From NCBI GenBank assembly GCA_963555985.3, contig OY820591.1, positions 3,081,413-3,145,412 on the forward strand: a stretch of DNA of 64,000 bases, given 5' to 3'. The notes under the pieces are model-generated. The model made no database searches. It was not told the origin of the DNA and was given only the letters and a program-made list of their open reading frames with translations. This DNA comes from Dehalococcoidia bacterium (GTDB lineage Bacteria; Chloroflexota; Dehalococcoidia; Bin125). Shown piece after piece: positions 63,110 to 64,000 of this stretch. Made by a program: the position numbers and the translations under genes. Each line of letters opens with the position of its first letter. Positions within the stretch are counted from its first letter, which is position 1.

Positions 63110-63125
63110 CTCCGCTAGCCAAACT

Positions 63126-63243
63126 CCGTCATACCCGCGCTTGCCGCGGAGCCTGTCCCCGCGAAGGCGGGGATCACTCGCCGTGATCTGCACCGTCGTC
63201 GCTCATACGGCGAGATTGCCGCGGCGGAGCGCGACAATGACGG
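63126..63243. repeat. REP-like family A composite with nested module C, between convergent genes
   Basis: Matches 10826-10920 plus an inserted agcctgtccccgcgaaggcgggg. Confidence 0.85.
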
Positions 63244-63251
63244 AGGAGGGC

Positions 63252-63821
63252 CTACGGGTCCTGCGCGGCTGTGAAGGCCGCTTGGAATTCGTCCCAGAGC
63301 GTTCCCGTGTCTGCGGCCGCAGTGATGGTCCGCTCGTGAGCGGCTAGAAACGCCTCTTGCTCGTTCTGCACGAGAGCGCGGAATTGGGCGTCGTAGGCGC
63401 TGTGCAGCGCGGAGACGGCCGTGAGATAGCGCAGGTGCCAATCTTCGCCCCGTTCGGGCGGGGTGAGGGCGAAGAGGGCGTCGCGGAAGGCTTCGGAGAG
63501 CGGCAGCAAACGGCGCAGGCCCTCGCGGTGGGTTCGGCAATCGTCCTGAACGGCGTCTAGGCAACCGTTGATTGCCTCCGGATCGAGTTGCTCGGCAACA
63601 TCTTGCGACGCTCGCGCGACCAGTTGGCAGACATCGTTGTAGTAGCCGGTGGGGTAGTCGCATTGGTCGGCGACGTTTGGTTCAGGCGGGGGCGGATCGC
63701 TCTCGAAGATGTCCAGCTCGCGCAGGAGGAAGAGCGCGGCGACGAAGCCGATCATCGCGCCGGCGATAGGAATCAGCAGCGATACGCGGGATCGAGCGCG
63801 TCTCGGCCGGTTAGAGGACAT
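63252..63821 (-). CDS. Membrane-anchored hypothetical protein with four Cys
   Basis: N-terminal TM helix, helical body; start overlaps the upstream gene end. Confidence 0.65.
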   Translation of the reverse strand: MSSNRPRRARSRVSLLIPIAGAMIGFVAALFLLRELDIFESDPPPPEPNVADQCDYPTGYYNDVCQLVARASQDVAEQLDPEAINGCLDAVQDDCRTHREGLRRLLPLSEAFRDALFALTPPERGEDWHLRYLTAVSALHSAYDAQFRALVQNEQEAFLAAHERTITAAADTGTLWDEFQAAFTAAQDP

Positions 63822-64000
63822 CGTCGAGGAACTCGCGCACCGCCGCCGTGAACGCCTCCGGCTGGTCGCCTGCTACTGAGTGTCCGGCCTCCGGGATCGT
63901 GACGAGACGGACGCTGGGCACGGCGTTGGCGAATGCTTCCGCTTGTTCGCGCTTGAGCACGGGCGACTTCTCGCCGTGCAGCAGCAGGGTCGGGCACTGC
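63811..64000 (-). CDS. Alpha/beta hydrolase, C-terminal part (gene starts outside the window)
   Basis: Manual translation CPTLLLHGEKSPV..IPEAGHSVAGDQPEAFTAAVREFL. Confidence 0.85.
   Translation of the reverse strand, partial: QCPTLLLHGEKSPVLKREQAEAFANAVPSVRLVTIPEAGHSVAGDQPEAFTAAVREFLDDVL

Overview
GC-rich chromosomal window. Gene content (cofE/npdG, an LLM oxidoreductase, hrcA-grpE-dnaK-dnaJ-prmA with a CIRCE operator, split transketolase, class I fbp/fba, purA, rho, moaA/moaC, a small SWIM-finger protein) is most consistent with a Chloroflexota (Dehalococcoidia-like) bacterium; this is inference. The housekeeping backbone is interrupted by single toxin-antitoxin/defence genes (BrnT-like pair, PaREP1, orphan HigA-like, Swt1-like HEPN + HicB, NYN, PD-(D/E)XK + Dam-like MTase) and by a nested hierarchy of palindromic repeats: REP-like hairpins, a ~23-bp hairpin module inserted into them, MITE-like elements with 4-bp target duplications, and two apparently identical 1040-bp IS30 copies inserted at the same position of the palindrome, which supplies the transposase stop codon. 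Best candidates for undescribed biology: (1) an NYN RNase preceded by a promoter, short structured RNA and terminator (type III toxin-antitoxin-like layout); (2) an unnamed ~55-aa module shared by unrelated exported proteins; (3) the repeat-targeted IS30/MITE system; (4) a thrice-dispersed ~250-bp element with 10-bp phased motifs. No tRNA, rRNA or CRISPR array was recognised. All assignments come from reading motifs by eye; no searches were run.
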